Below are positions 1 to 13,726 of a DNA stretch of 64,000 nucleotides, piece after piece. The notes under the pieces are model-generated. The model was not told the origin of the DNA. It made no database searches and saw nothing but the letters and a program-made list of their open reading frames with translations. Source of the stretch: Octopus sinensis (lineage: Eukaryota); the NCBI RefSeq assembly GCF_006345805.1, contig NC_043001.1, positions 3,658,001 to 3,722,000 on the forward strand. Reading direction: 5' to 3'. Every line of letters starts with the position of its first letter. Position 1 is the stretch's first letter. The position numbers and the translations under genes were made by a program.

Positions 1-315
<315 letters not shown>

Positions 316-329
316 CATGCTACTGGACT

Positions 330-412
330 TCAGTGCATAACTGGTACTTATTTAATCGACCCCGAAATGATAAATGGCAAAGTGGACTGCGGTGGGATTT
401 GAGCTTTTGAAC
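330..412 (-). mobile_element. SINE family B fragment
   Basis: ctggtacttatttaatcgaccccgaaatgataaatggcaaagtggac matches the central block of the other family-B copies in the window. Confidence 0.65.
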
Positions 413-2133
413 GTAAAGATGCACGAAATGCGAGCTGCGATGAGTGAGTCAGGATTATCTGAATGAAGGAGGTCTGACACCCTTCAGGTGTGAGACGTGA
501 GGCCATTAGTGTATCAATAGAAAGACAGCAAGAGGAGAAGACACACCCGTGAGTAAATTGGAAGGTGTGTGTTTGTTAGTCGGTTTCTGTTGTCCTGCAT
601 CCTACAGAAATGTATTTTGTTAGTTTTGTAGAAAACTCACTGAAAAGGACTTTAAAGATACTGAAGTAATTAAGGTAAATTACTTTGGTTTCAAACCAAG
701 ACGATTTGCCTCGTAGGGCTCAGAGACAGTTCTGTTCTTGTTTACAGGTTTCTCCTCCCTTCGTGGCTGTCTGCCAATCCCCGTCTACCTTAGGATACCC
801 GCGTGTAACCGCGAGACTTACTTGAGAGTTTTGTATTTATCAGATAATATTAAACAGCACAACTCATGTTCAATATGTGGCATAACATTAAAATGTTAAA
901 TAATAAAGAATTATTTTAAGATACAAATCGGTAACTTAATGCAATTATCACAGTTATATTATGTTCGAAACGTCCAGTTTAACAACAAAAACCGTTATTC
1001 TACTAAATCTCTTCCAATTCTGGACTATTTTCAAAATTGATTGAGACATTTAGGCAATAAAATATTTCGTTGGAAATATGATGATTGAAGTGTTAACTAC
1101 TCGAATCCTATCATTTTTATCATTGCACCACTTCTAAATATATTCTATTGGTCTCAGCCATATTTCTGTAGGTCATTACTTTCGCTTATTTTCTTCCAAA
1201 GTTATATTTGTTTCTTATTTTTGTTGTTGCATTAATCAATTTCCTTAATGTAGGTATTTCATTTGCTATTTTGAGGAAAGAAATGTGTCGGTCACCTATT
1301 CCTGCATCTAGCCATTCATCTCTGCCTTCCACTCCGTGTCGCTTCATATCCGTCTCACCATCTGTCCATCAGTTGCTTCGCCCCTCTGTCGCTCCATTCA
1401 TCTATAATCCATTTCTCTATCCATCCCTCTATCAATTCCTTCGTCCCTTCATCGCTTCCACACACCATCCACATCTCCATCTCTCCATCAGCCACACCAA
1501 ACACTCTAACATATTTATCGACTAATTTGCACTTAATAGATAGGTGGACGGAATCAGTCTTTAAGCAGAATCTATTTACTCATGGAACGACGATAACGGC
1601 GAACTATTAGAGTAGCTTGTTTGCTCTAAAAAAAAGTCTGTTATCAAAGTGACTTATTTACACACAATAAAACATGTTTACAGAAACTTAATTGCTCTCG
1701 GAGCTGTTTTGGACTTTCTTCTCTTGGACCCAACGTAACAGCAAACAACACAAATAAACATATTAACAAAAAGAGTGTTTATATAAAAAAATACATTGAA
1801 AATTTCATGAACACTGTCTGCGTAATGTGGACAAATTAATTTGATTTTTCTGCTTTAAAAAATGGTCTTTACTTATTTATTTTTTTTTTTCTTCATCCGA
1901 AAATTTAAGAAAAAAATCTAAAACAATTCAAGAACAAAAACATGGTTTAATTTCTGCAACTCAATAGATTTTATATTTTATTGTTTTTTTTTTTTTGTAT
2001 TTAACTTGTTTGGTAAGAATTGTGTTCAGTACATTTTTATTATATGTTCTGCGTCTGTGAATATATGTATATATATATGTATATGTGAGTCGGTGTGTGT
2101 GCATAAAGGCATTTACGTGTGTGTGTGTGTGTG

Positions 2134-2193
<60 letters not shown>

Positions 2194-2199
2194 TATATG

Positions 2200-2280
<81 letters not shown>

Positions 2281-2994
2281 GAAACTACACACAGTTACAC
2301 GAATATATATCTCTATATGCATACATACACGCACACTTATATGAAACTCCTGCACACTCACACACGCACATATATATATATATACGCATGTGTGCTGCTT
2401 CGCTGATGATGTATGAATATGTGACTTTATAAACACTCGTAGAGTCCTGTACGTGTAAATCTTTCTGAAATATCCTCTTTATTTTTCTTTATTTTTGTGT
2501 GTTATTTTTGCTTGAGCTTTAATTAATTGAATCTATTTAATTTTAGTAAAATTTATAGCTTTAATTACATTAAGAAATTGTAGCAATGTATCAAATATTT
2601 TGACACCTCGTTACTAACAAGACCTTGCATGTGATTTAATTACTTATGCTAATACTTCATAAATGCTCACATTATTTCTTAGAGACTAAAACACTGTCAT
2701 TTGATTTATTTATCGTAACCTGGGAATACACTGATGTAATATTTTATTCAAAACTATTTTTAATCTTTTTCGCATAATTTTATATAGATATAATTGTTCT
2801 TTAACAGATTCAAATTATTCATTCTTTGCTAACAAAAAAAAAAAGTAAAAAGGTAGCAAGAATTGTCATAAAATCTGAAAAATTAATGTTTTTACTCTTA
2901 TATCTTGTTGAATTTTTGACTTCTTTTGTCGTTGGTCATCGGTCATCCCGAGTTTTCTCGTTCAGCTTCGCATTTTATTAGTTTTTATCTAATA

Positions 2995-3290
2995 CTAGCA
3001 GTATCGCCCGGTGTTGCTCGGATTTGTCAGGGAAATAACTATATAAGCATTTTTAGAGAGTTATAGCCAAAAAATAGCAAAACAATGCATTAAAACTGGA
3101 AAAAAAATGATGGTAATTTTTTTTTAAATCGTAGACTCATCGTAGACGCGCGCTAATACCCAGAAGGGCTCGATATTAATCACGACTATAAGATACCCGG
3201 TTTTGGTTAAACTGCACCGCAAAATGTGGGAATAGTTAGGAATCTAAATCGTAGGAGACAGACACACAACTTGACTTTTATATATAAAGA
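2995..3290 (-). mobile_element. Non-autonomous Helitron
   Basis: On the minus strand it starts TC(TTTATATATAAAAG) and ends CTAG, with a CCG-agcaacac-CGG hairpin just before the end. It sits between a host A and T with no TSD, which are the canonical Helitron hallmarks. Confidence 0.8.
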
Positions 3291-4005
3291 TATGACTAAG
3301 TTTCAACTGTAAAAACAAACGGTGAGGGCTTAAAAGCCGAGACGATAGAAAAATTGTTATGAACGCTTAGGAAGACGAGCTTATGAAGGAGACAGTATAA
3401 GCAAGTTTAGTCTTTACGAAGGTTGTGTGTAGAAAGGTAGATTCTCTTTCGTCACGTGTCAGCAACGAGAGAGTCGAGGAGGAGGATGAAGAGGAGGAGG
3501 AGTGAGAGAGAGGGAACGGTGAAGAGGAGTAGAGAAGGATAGTGAAGGGTGGGAGAAAAAACCGGACAGGATGAAGAACAAGAGAATGAGAGAGAGAGAG
3601 AGACAGAGAAGAGATAGTAAAGATAGAAGAGTAATGTTTGTTTTTACTGTTTTGTTCTCATTGTTCTGTTTTTTTTTTACTGTTTTTACTTTTTTATTGT
3701 ATTGTTCTCACTGTCCTGTTCTTGTTACCACTTTCACTCTCCGCAAAGAATCCCAAATTTTATTTAATTTGCTTTGCGGGAAGGACTGTTTCAACGAAGT
3801 CGCGACTTGTTTTTACTTTGGAAACGTGGAGTAGTTAAAACAGGGACAACTGAAGAAGGGGAACATTTTTTATGTTGTATGACTCTTTTCTCCGTTTGTT
3901 TTCTTCGTGTTCGAAAAAAGTTCGTTTCTATGTTTTTGTTTTATGATTTCGTTTCTCATTGTGTTCAACGTTTTTTTATGTCCTGTACCCATATATGCAT
4001 GTATA

Positions 4006-4417
4006 TACTCTTTTACTCTTTTACTTGTTTCAGTCATTTGGATGCGGCCATGCTGGAGCACCGCCGTTAGTCGAGCAAATCGACCCCGGGACTTATTCTT
4101 TGTAAGCCCAGTACTTATTCTATCGGTCTCTTTTGCCGAACCGCTAAGTGACGGGGACGTAAACACACCAGCATCGGTTGTCAAGCAATGCTAGGGGGAC
4201 AAATACAGACACACAAACATACACACATATACATATATATATATACATATATACGACAGGCTTCTTTCAGTTTCCGTCTACCAAATCCACTCACAAGGCA
4301 TTGGTCGGCCTGGAGCTATAGCAGAAGACACTTGCCCAAGATGCCACGCAGTGGGACTGAACCCGGAACCATGTGGTTGGTTAGCAAGCTACTTACCACA
4401 CAGCCACTCCTGCGCCT
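4006..4417 (-). mobile_element. tRNA-derived SINE family A, full length
   Basis: The minus strand has head ggcgcaggagtggctgtgtggtaag (A box), gggttcagtccc (B box) and a CORE-like cttgggcaagtgtctt. An internal TA/CA tract and an (AAGAGTA)n tail follow. Confidence 0.85.
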
Positions 4418-4657
4418 ATATACATGTATATATATATATATGTAGGTATGTACATATATGTATATATTATTTATATTATTATATGATCGAACACCTCGCA
4501 TCATTTTTCCAAGTAAGTTTTATCTTGACTTCAATAATTACAGCACGACAGAGTTGTGTGTAAACATCAGAAGTTCTCTTTACGTATTGCCTTCATCTAA
4601 AGGATTGTAACAGAGGACTTTTCTGAAATGATATAATTTCCTGTTAATATTTTAGAC

Positions 4658-4985
4658 CATAGGTTCTCAAAGTGAGCTCTACCACCCTCCGGTGGGCGTT
4701 GAGAGGGTCCAGATTGGCGTTGGTGCTTAAGGGGCGGTTGGGGAGGGGTAGAGAAAAAGGAGGGATTGGGAGGAAGGCAGTGAATTCGGGACGCTATGAA
4801 TTTAAAATATTATTATATTATTGTATACAAATTGTATAATATTATATTAGATATCAAATGCTTCATAGTATATATAAATTAGTAAAATATGAAATCTTTA
4901 TTTATACATAAAAATAGGGGTGGGGCACCGAGGGTATTATGTGGCCATGGGTGGGGACGGTGCCCAAAAAGTTTGAGAACTTCTG
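4658..4985. mobile_element. hAT/Charlie-like MITE
   Basis: Imperfect TIRs CATAGGTTCTCAAA ... TTTGAGAACTTCTG resemble CAGGGGTTCTCAAA. The 8-bp flanks both have a central TA but are otherwise diverged. Confidence 0.55.
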
Positions 4986-5159
4986 CTATATATTAAAAGT
5001 CAGATAAACTGAAATCCAACTGGTAAGCGTCTGTGCAAGGAACTTTTTGTACTCAGTTTGACCGGAACTTGATCTCAGAGCAGAGACAGACGGAATGCCA
5101 CCAAGGATTTTGCCCGGGGCATGCTAACGATTCTGCCAGCTCGCCGCCTCAATAATAAT

Positions 5160-5193
<34 letters not shown>

Positions 5194-6249
5194 TTAATAA
5201 TAATAATATGGCAATACAACATCGATAGAAGCCGCAGAAAGTTAACCTGAAGTAAAAATGTTACATTAGTCGCAGCTTAGGAAAACGAAGAATATGCTTT
5301 CATACAAGAATTGGTTGTTCTATACTAATTTTACTTACAACCATCAAAGGAGTGCGACATGATATGAACATATCATGTGAAGTGGCAGAAATATTTTAGA
5401 CATAAATCTTATCATAAATACATTGTGAATGTACGAAATATTTCAAAATGTGTTAAACAAATGTGAATCATTAAATCAGAGAAATATCACAGATTCTTAG
5501 ATGATGGCTAAAGATCGAATATAAATTTAAACTTTCTGAGAATGAGTTGCTGGGAAATAGCAAAAAATTTCTTGATTTTCATAATGCGCTTAAAATTGTA
5601 TTAGTTTCGTGAAAAGACTGAGAAATTTAACTCTATGTAGGCGTGGCTATACACCGAAGAAATCTGATTTTCAACTACTCTGGTTTCGGTTTCAATCCCA
5701 ACATCATACATCTTGAGCAAGAACATTTCTCCTATAATCACGGGCCGAACAATGATTTGTGAATGAATTTTGTCGTTGAAATGTGTAGGAGCCTACCTTC
5801 TCTCTAAGTCTGCACGCAAGCATATAGGATTCTTGTAATGATAAAATGATCAACTTAATTCCATTTAAAAATCCAATCTTTGGATTTTACATTTCGAAAA
5901 TGTATTATGATCATTTCAGCCGATGGATGATTGCCACCTAATCTACTCTAGCCCTTATTTGAGCTTTAGTTTACTTTATCTCTTATGTAAGCCGGAGAGC
6001 TGGTCCCCTCGGCTTGTTAGATTTCGTTCTAGTTCTCCACACTCGGCTGTTAAATGACCATGGTCAAGTTTTCTTTTCGTCCTTACGGAGTCAGTCTCTC
6101 CCCTTCTTCCTCCCTCCCCCTCACTCTCATGAATTAACCGACTGTATTCACACATGGGGAGGTATGGTACTCGCCAAGACTGAAATTACCCAAAACAGAA
6201 GGCCTATCATGACAATATCCCTCCGCCTACATCTGAGGGGGGGGGGGGA

Positions 6250-6720
6250 GAGCACAATGTATGGCACACTTGTACGTATCTATTTGGAGGTCTATTTCAC
6301 TGCTTTTACAGACCACTATACTTCTAGGTTGTTACAGCAGTTAAACATGAAGTTGAAGCGATAGTTATAAGCAACAAACTACCTTCTGCTTAATTGCTAA
6401 TTGGCACAATGGTATTTAATTATGTTCTATACATTGGATAACTGTCAACATTTGCTTCATTATATTCACTGAATTATATATGAACACCCTTAGTACATTC
6501 ATTATTCTCTATGCATGGTGATTTCGGTTTTAGATTGCCCTAAAGATCATGTATCATCATTTCCTAACGGTTCCTGTGCCACACAGCCTTGTCTAATTTG
6601 CATGGACCCTCAAACTTATCTTCTTAATCGAAGATCAAGATTCGATAGTCTCTAGAAATCAAATGAGAAGAAATATGTTTTTATCATTCTCCAAAATTTT
6701 ACTTTCGGGAATTTCAATAA
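6250..6720 (-). pseudogene. Decayed Helitron Rep-domain fragment
   Basis: Minus-strand frames read RILIFD*EDKFEGPCKLDKAVW, MIHDL*GNLKPKSPCIENNECTKG..FSEYNEANVDSYPMYR and VAYNYRFNFMFNCCNNLEV*WSVKAVK. These follow the order of Helitron Rep motifs (MIHGPCG..NPxSPCM..CTK..YP.YRR..VVPYNPYL..NCHINVEVC.SIKSVKY). Several stops. Confidence 0.7.
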
Positions 6721-7149
6721 ATCAATCAATTTTAACTTAGGCAGTCTTGTCACATTACTCGGATCTGTAAGAACGAAAATACACAAATACACATTGTCTC
6801 TAGTACTAGATAGGAATATTGACATTGACTGAAAAATATTAAGGAATGAATATCGGTAAAAGCTGTGTAACCTTTAAACTGAAAACCGAATGATTTCGTA
6901 TAAACCTCAGAGTGAAGCTGTTAATAAGGATGTAGGAAGCACAATCACAACCGAAAGTAAACAACATCGGTTTAAAAATGATCTGAAATAAAAATGCATG
7001 AAAGACATGAAATTTCCAGTGTTTCAGTGCATTGCATAATGCATTAAAACATTGGGAGGTTCGTTCAAAGACATCCCAAAATCCTTGAGGAATGTATGTG
7101 AAGAGAATGTGCTCGTTTGTCCAAACTATTTCGAAACTATAGTTTGCAG

Positions 7150-9830
7150 AATTGTTTTTTCTACTATTAAACACAGGAATCACAGGTGTGAATCGTCTGA
7201 GTAGGACTGATTAATACAAAATGTCAAGAAATATTTGGTTGAGCATATTGACTCTTAGGAAAAGCCTGAATGGATGGATGACTTTTGACAACAGGATATC
7301 GATAGTCTACCACAGGAGAAAAAGGATAGAATTACGTAACACAATTTCCGAGCATAATCGTAGTAAACAACATAAATCAAATTACGAATCCCAGAAAGGG
7401 ATGGAACAAAGAAAACATTGAAACAATTGCATGCAACAAATTGTATCAGTGGAGGCTAACTGGATTAAATTTTCACTCCTTCCATTTGTTGTTTTATTTT
7501 TGCCTGAAAGGAGCTTCGTATTTCGTGGTAACTCTCACCCGATTTGCGATGTTTACAAAGGTAATTCACTTGAGCTAGTTGAACTTTTGTCTCATTGGGA
7601 ACCGTGCTTGAGACCTATGTCAGGAAGGTCGAAGAAAGTCAGGAAAATAGAGGAAATGGTTGCAAGCACATTATTTGTCAGCCGAATCACAAAATTCATG
7701 TATTCCGCTTTGTTATGATCTCATTTTGAAACACAGAATCTCTTTGAAAGATCAGGGACAAGATATCGCACAAACATAATTGGCGAAACACCTGATTCGG
7801 CAGATACGAAACAAGTTTTATGCATTGCTTTCAAAAGTTATAAGATATTACGTTGAATATTCAAGGGAGATTTTTATCTTCTTATGACTATTTTGATGGA
7901 ACGGGATCTGCTATCACAAACCTGAAAACAATTGTAGCAAGGCTACAATAATAGCACCGATATGGCAACCAAGTGCAAGGAAGTCTAAAAGATATTACTT
8001 TACACCTTTGATACCAACACGTTTGAGACCACTCCTGCATTTACGATGCGAACTTTTGCATAAAGTTTTCTAAATCAAAACTATCCACAATGACTTTGTG
8101 TTCCTTTATTTCATTAACTGAGTTTTAGTAATGAATTATTATACTAAAGTTTCATTATTTTCAAATTTAACTGAAATGAAATGCAATAAAATTCCACAAA
8201 AATGTGATAATAATAAACACGCAATGCAATGAATTATTGTTGTGTCACAGATTCAGCAAAATGCTATACTGAAGAAGTTACCTTCCTTGGAGATATTAAA
8301 AAAAGATATTAACAATATAAACGTAAGACCTGTTCAAATATGCTTCAGGCCTACTCGAACTCATAAGAAAGTCATTCATTGTATTTTGTCACGGAGAAAA
8401 TTTCTTGGTGTACATAGACTGAGTCAGTTTCATAGCGCTCACTATCTAGACTACTGGATACGTGCATTTCGGAGTGGTTATCTTCTCTTCAGCAGCAGAA
8501 ACGGTAAAATTGTACACGGTGACTGGCACGAGAGACAGTTCGTCTCTCTTATATTCTCTTATATTCTCGTCATCGTTCAATGAATGCTTGCGCTATTCAG
8601 TGGTTCACCGTAAATAAAACATCCCATATGTCTGTAATATATATTTCTATAGGTTAAAAAGAAGACATATTCGTCTGAGACACACATAAGCTGTCTGCCA
8701 AAGAATGTTATAGAAACTATCCAATGATCAGCCACAATGAGAAATAAGAATTCTTTTGCTTCAAATTCCAATGGTTTGAACTCATTCTGCAAGATGTTCT
8801 GAAACCGAATCTAAGGATAATGAGACTAAGTGAAGCAGCAAAAGCTGTTAAATAATAGATGTCCTGTTTCAGCTCTATATATGCATGTCAGCCATCTGAC
8901 TCATCATTCTTATTCCCATCACCATCTGCAACACCGTTTTACGGGCAACAAACGTTACTGGTGATATGTAAATGGAAAATATTAACATGCTCGTCGAAAA
9001 TTTGCACAAACTGCGCAATCGTTTTCACACTCTGCTGACAGACTCAAAACGTATTGCTTCAAGCCTGCAAATGGAAATTAAACTGCAACCAAATGAGAGA
9101 AAGCCAAGAAGGATTTCTTTTTGAGAAGCAGTCAAATAATACAAATATAGCTTCATAAAGGATTCTCACACATTTGCAGAATAGCAATTTCCGAGAAAAC
9201 TATTACACGCCATTGTCGCTTCTGTCATCGTTTGCCTACAAAAATGATTTGAAGCCGAAAAAAAAAAAAAATTAATTTTACATATTTTTGACATGTAAAT
9301 ATTAGTCTGCATTTGTGTATCTGTGTGTGGCTGTTCGTGTCTGTGTGCGGCTGTTTGTCTATGTGTGGGTATATATGTATGCATGTTTGTATATATGAGT
9401 ATGTGTATGGGTGTGTGTGCGTATATGTGTATATTTATGTATATATTCCTACATATATCCTAAAACCTTTTGTTGAAAAAAAACTGGTTGTAATTCTCTG
9501 ATACTTGCAATGCTGATGGAAATAGCAAAATGTTTTTAAATAAGTTCACCTACATGAAAACGACTGCATACCGTGGCAGATTAAAAGATATTTAAAGACA
9601 ACTTTGTTCTGCGGATCAACTCAACATAAAAAAGAGATAAGAGTTGGAAAATATTTGGTCCAACTCTTTGTACATAACTCTGGAGTTTTCGCATAGTGCC
9701 TAAATAGATAGTGCTAGCAGAAAGTTCTTTCCGTAAGCTTAAACTACCAGCGGACTTCCTCGGAACAAAAATGTTACTAAGTCACTGGAGGACATGGTAA
9801 CGCTGAGAAGTGGAACTCAGATTGTTGAAT
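7150..9830 (+). pseudogene. Decayed hAT (ZMYM1/Tip100-like) transposase
   Basis: Collinear motifs: FLPERSFVFRGN..GNSLELVELLS (~7500), HYLSAESQN (~7670), IIGETPDSADTKQ (~7780), C*QGYNNSTDMATKCKEV (~7935) and LAESSFRKLKLPADFLGTKM (~9715, C-terminal dimerisation SFSKLKLIK motif). Many stops and frameshifts. Confidence 0.8.
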
Positions 9831-12735
9831 GTAGATATATGAAACCTACGATGATTAAATTATGCACAACACACCATAATCAGTGTTTCAAAATTAAGAA
9901 TGTGTGTATAAATTTAATTCTATTTAATCTTTCATTCTATTTTCGACAATAAATTTAATATTATTTATATACATGTAACACTCACTACACCGTTCGATTA
10001 CCTCCTCAAATTACACAAGACCATTTGCCGTTTGGCTCTCATTACACTTTTGGTGATACTCTTCAATCAAATGTTGGGTTGCGACCCACCCGTTTTACGT
10101 CTCTTTGAGGTTTGATAGGAAAAGAGCGGGGAGGAGTGGAAAGGTCGAGAGGGTGTTTGCTAGTGTCTAAGTATGCGTTTCTAAGAACATTACTGAGATG
10201 CATTGTATGCACTGATGCCAAGACCTACGCGACAGTGAGTGACGATCATATTAAATTTGGAAATTTAGCAAATTTATAAAGAATTTAAACTGTTACACGT
10301 CATAAGTGTAAAGGCTTTGGAAGCATCGCATTGCCATCATGTGTAATATCAGAAGATACAGCATACATAATTAAAATTCAAGCTTTATAATTTTTCTTGG
10401 TGCTTCTATAGAATAATTTTCGAAAAAAAAAGTCACCCTGTAACAAAATTATATCAAATAATGGGAAACAAGCTCTTTGTTTTAAATCTCAGATGTTCAC
10501 ACACATTCCCTTTCTCTCTGTCAGTTTTTCTCTTTGTCTGTCTGTCTATTTCTCTCTCTCTCCCTTTCTCTGTCTGTCTGTCTGTCTGTCTGTTTGTATA
10601 TATCCTCTTTTGTTTGTGATACTTTCTCTCTCACTGTGAATGTGTGTGTTTGTATAGCTTTCATTTATACCTTGTCTCTTCTCAAAACTAGGATGTAACC
10701 TCATCTTGCTCCACCTATGTTGACCCTGTCTAAATTACACCTTTACTCTTTCTCATCCTATCTTTATACACGTGAAAACCATTACAAATGATAAACATTC
10801 ATATCGGCCATTATTCTTTAGCGATATTTAATAGTTTTGCACTTAATTATAAATATGGGAAGAATATTATAAATACGGGGTTAAATGATCATACAGAACC
10901 CTCAAGATCTAATGTAATGTTGTTCGTTTTGTTGTTTAAGCCCCTTTTCATATCCAATAGATCACTCAAATTATCAAAGCTCACCCAATTCCAGTTTAGG
11001 TGTAACAAAACCTGCCTCTACTTGGATATAATATATATATACCTCCATATTACTCTGAATGCTTCAACACCTTTTTAAAAGAGTGGCTGGAAGATGGGAG
11101 AGATTTTCTTTCTATATCTAGCATATTGATCGACCACAGACAGGCTTCTAAACTGGTTGCTATACATCAGGCAGGTTAATGTGCTATAAAACGTAAAATT
11201 ATCTAGAATTATCTAGTGTTTAAAGCAGAGCATATATTTGGCGAAAAATACAGTGCTTAAAATATTAGATTTTTTTTCTTCTCATAGTATACTAACATAC
11301 ATTTCTTTCTCACTTGATACACAATTGACTTTTGCCAACACAGACAAACAGTAGCTTCCACAAATTCTAGTGATTATATTTGAACATATTTGTTTGCCTA
11401 TTAAAATACTTCACAGCAGCTCTATCCCCGGCTCTGTGATTTATCATTTAGACTTCTCTTGTGTATTGTTGTCTGTCTGTGAAATAGACACCAACAGAAG
11501 TTTATCTGATTTTCCAACGACTGAAATGCTATGCAAAATAAATAAAAAATACTCTACTTGTAAATATCTTCAATATATGTGTGTGTGTGTGTGTTTGTAA
11601 GTGTGTGTCTTTGTGTGTGTGTTGCTATGTAAAAATATCAAATTCCCAAATCCATAGCAATGTCATGAAGCTTATCTTATTGCAATACTTTCCAAACATT
11701 CATCATGGCTTGTGAAAATGGAAAATGTAATTCTACTTCATGACTTTTGTGAGTAACCGAGCACAATATCATTGAATCAAGAGGAGCGAATAGTTTCGAC
11801 ATTCATTTATATTTCTCTGAATCATCAAATAAAATATATAAACTAAAAAGAAAAACCAAATATGTTAGCCTTCAAATATTTTGTCTGAAGTTGAAAGATT
11901 TTTCCTGAAATTATAGATTTATAGAAAATAAAACAAACATTTTTATGAGAATGAAACATTTACGTATTTTTATTTATTTATTTAAAAGTGGGTAGAAAGT
12001 CGCCATTAAAAACAAGTTAAAGTCATGAGAAAACTAGGATAAAAGCTAAAAATCACATCCTCGTCGCCACCAACAAACGAGTATTCATCTATATAGTCAT
12101 TCATTCTGCAAGAAATAGCACACAATCACACTCAAATCATACTTTAATGTCTTGAAAATAGAAAATCATGGAAGCAGAGTACAGCCCTATATAAAATAAG
12201 TGCGAGAGAAAAGATGTTGACTGCTGAGATGTTTCTGATCCTAAGTATGTTTAATCAAGGCTGACTTGAGGATAAACAGCACAATCGGGATATAAGAATA
12301 TTTTATAATCCAAGGAGGTGCCGTCACTGTTTTAGCGATTTTGTGACTGTATTTTTCTTAAATAAACTATTAATGTGTTTTAATTAATTTTCATATTTAT
12401 CAAGATTTTAAGGAGCTTTTGCCAAACATTTGTTGATTAATATATAGGATGCTATTGAAGTTGCTATCCTCCGTCTGCTGATTGTAAAGACTTTGGGCAA
12501 AATGCATTGCTGTAATCGCCATACCATCATACCTTGTGACATAGTCTAACAGGGAAAGCATTATCTAAACGGGCCCTCCTTATAATAAGACAGTAGAACG
12601 GAATTCCTGCGAGGTGTAGTGACTATTTCTTGCAGGATAAGAATAGCCATATTAAGTCCCTGGAAATTATATTCGTGCTACTGAACGAACACGTACGTCA
12701 GTTCCAAATAATGATTATTTAGAGATGATTTAAAT

Positions 12736-12951
12736 ATTCTTTTCTACTCTAGTTACAAGGCCCGAAATTTCTGGGGAGGGTGCCAGTAGATTATATCGAC
12801 TCCTGTACGCAACAGGTACTTAATTTATCAACTCTGAAAGGATGAAAAGCAAAGTCTATCGTAGCGGAATTTGAACTCAGAACGTAAAGACAGACGAAAT
12901 ACGACTAAGTATTTTGTCCGGAATGCTAAAGACTCTGCCAACACGCCACTT
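12736..12951 (-). mobile_element. tRNA-derived SINE family B (tail type i)
   Basis: Reverse complement of the ggcgagctggcag...gagttcaaattccgc...gcctttcatcctttcggggtcgataaattaagtaccag family, ending in the gggccttgtg..tagagtagaaaaga tail. Confidence 0.8.
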
Positions 12952-13042
12952 GAAATAATTGTTTATAAGCCCGTCGTATGTGTGTATGTATGTGCGTGCG
13001 TGCATGTGTATGTGTGTATGTATGTACGTATATATATATATG

Positions 13043-13181
<139 letters not shown>

Positions 13182-13188
13182 CATATAT

Positions 13189-13590
13189 ATAGTTATCGCC
13201 ATACTTATATGGCAGTCTTATAAATATAAGACTAAAGCTGTCGCTGATTAGCTCGAAGAGGCCACCGCCTCAAGCTAGTTATTTGACACACAACCTGCGA
13301 CCATTATAAACCTTCGAATAGGGGAGGTCAGCCGCTTCATCCTGCCAGTCAGACAGCTGCAGACATGTTTCAGGGTATTTGCCCTTTATCAATGCAGCAA
13401 ATACCCTGAAACATGTCTGCAGCTGTCTGGCTGGCAGGATGAAGCGGCTGACCTCCCCTGTTCGAAGGTTTATAATGGTCGCAGGTTGTGTGTCAAATAG
13501 CTAGCTTGAGGCGGTGGCCTCTTGGAGCTAATCAGCGACAGCTTTAGTCTTATATTTATAAGACTGCCATATAAGTATGGCGATAACTAT
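13189..13590. repeat. Long fold-back: two ~194-bp inverted arms, probably a Penelope-like pLTR pair
   Basis: 13189-13382 is the reverse complement of 13397-13590 with about 4 substitutions. The left copy ends in TAACTATATATA, like the pLTR ending at ~17510. Confidence 0.9.
13356..13398 (-). ncRNA. Minimal type-I hammerhead-ribozyme fold with U3-A8 core variant
   Basis: Minus strand: GCTGCA-TTGATAA-AGGG-caaata-CCCT-GAAA-CATGTC-TGCAGC. This gives stem I, core, stem II, GAAA, a palindromic ACATGT stem III, a GUC triplet and stem I'. Confidence 0.65.
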
Positions 13591-13652
13591 TAATTTCCAG
13601 TAACGCTGCCGTAATCTCCTTTAGAGAGACTTAGTAATTTTAATATTTCTAT

Positions 13653-13726
<74 letters not shown>

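Noticed and set aside
430-835. Possible solo LTR
   Set aside because: No clear TG...CA ends, TSD, PBS or PPT, and no second copy in the window.
3700-4005. Possible Penelope pLTR with a hammerhead (tcaacgaag...ggaaacgtgg; ctgaagaagggg)
   Set aside because: The stems do not pair convincingly; too decayed to call.
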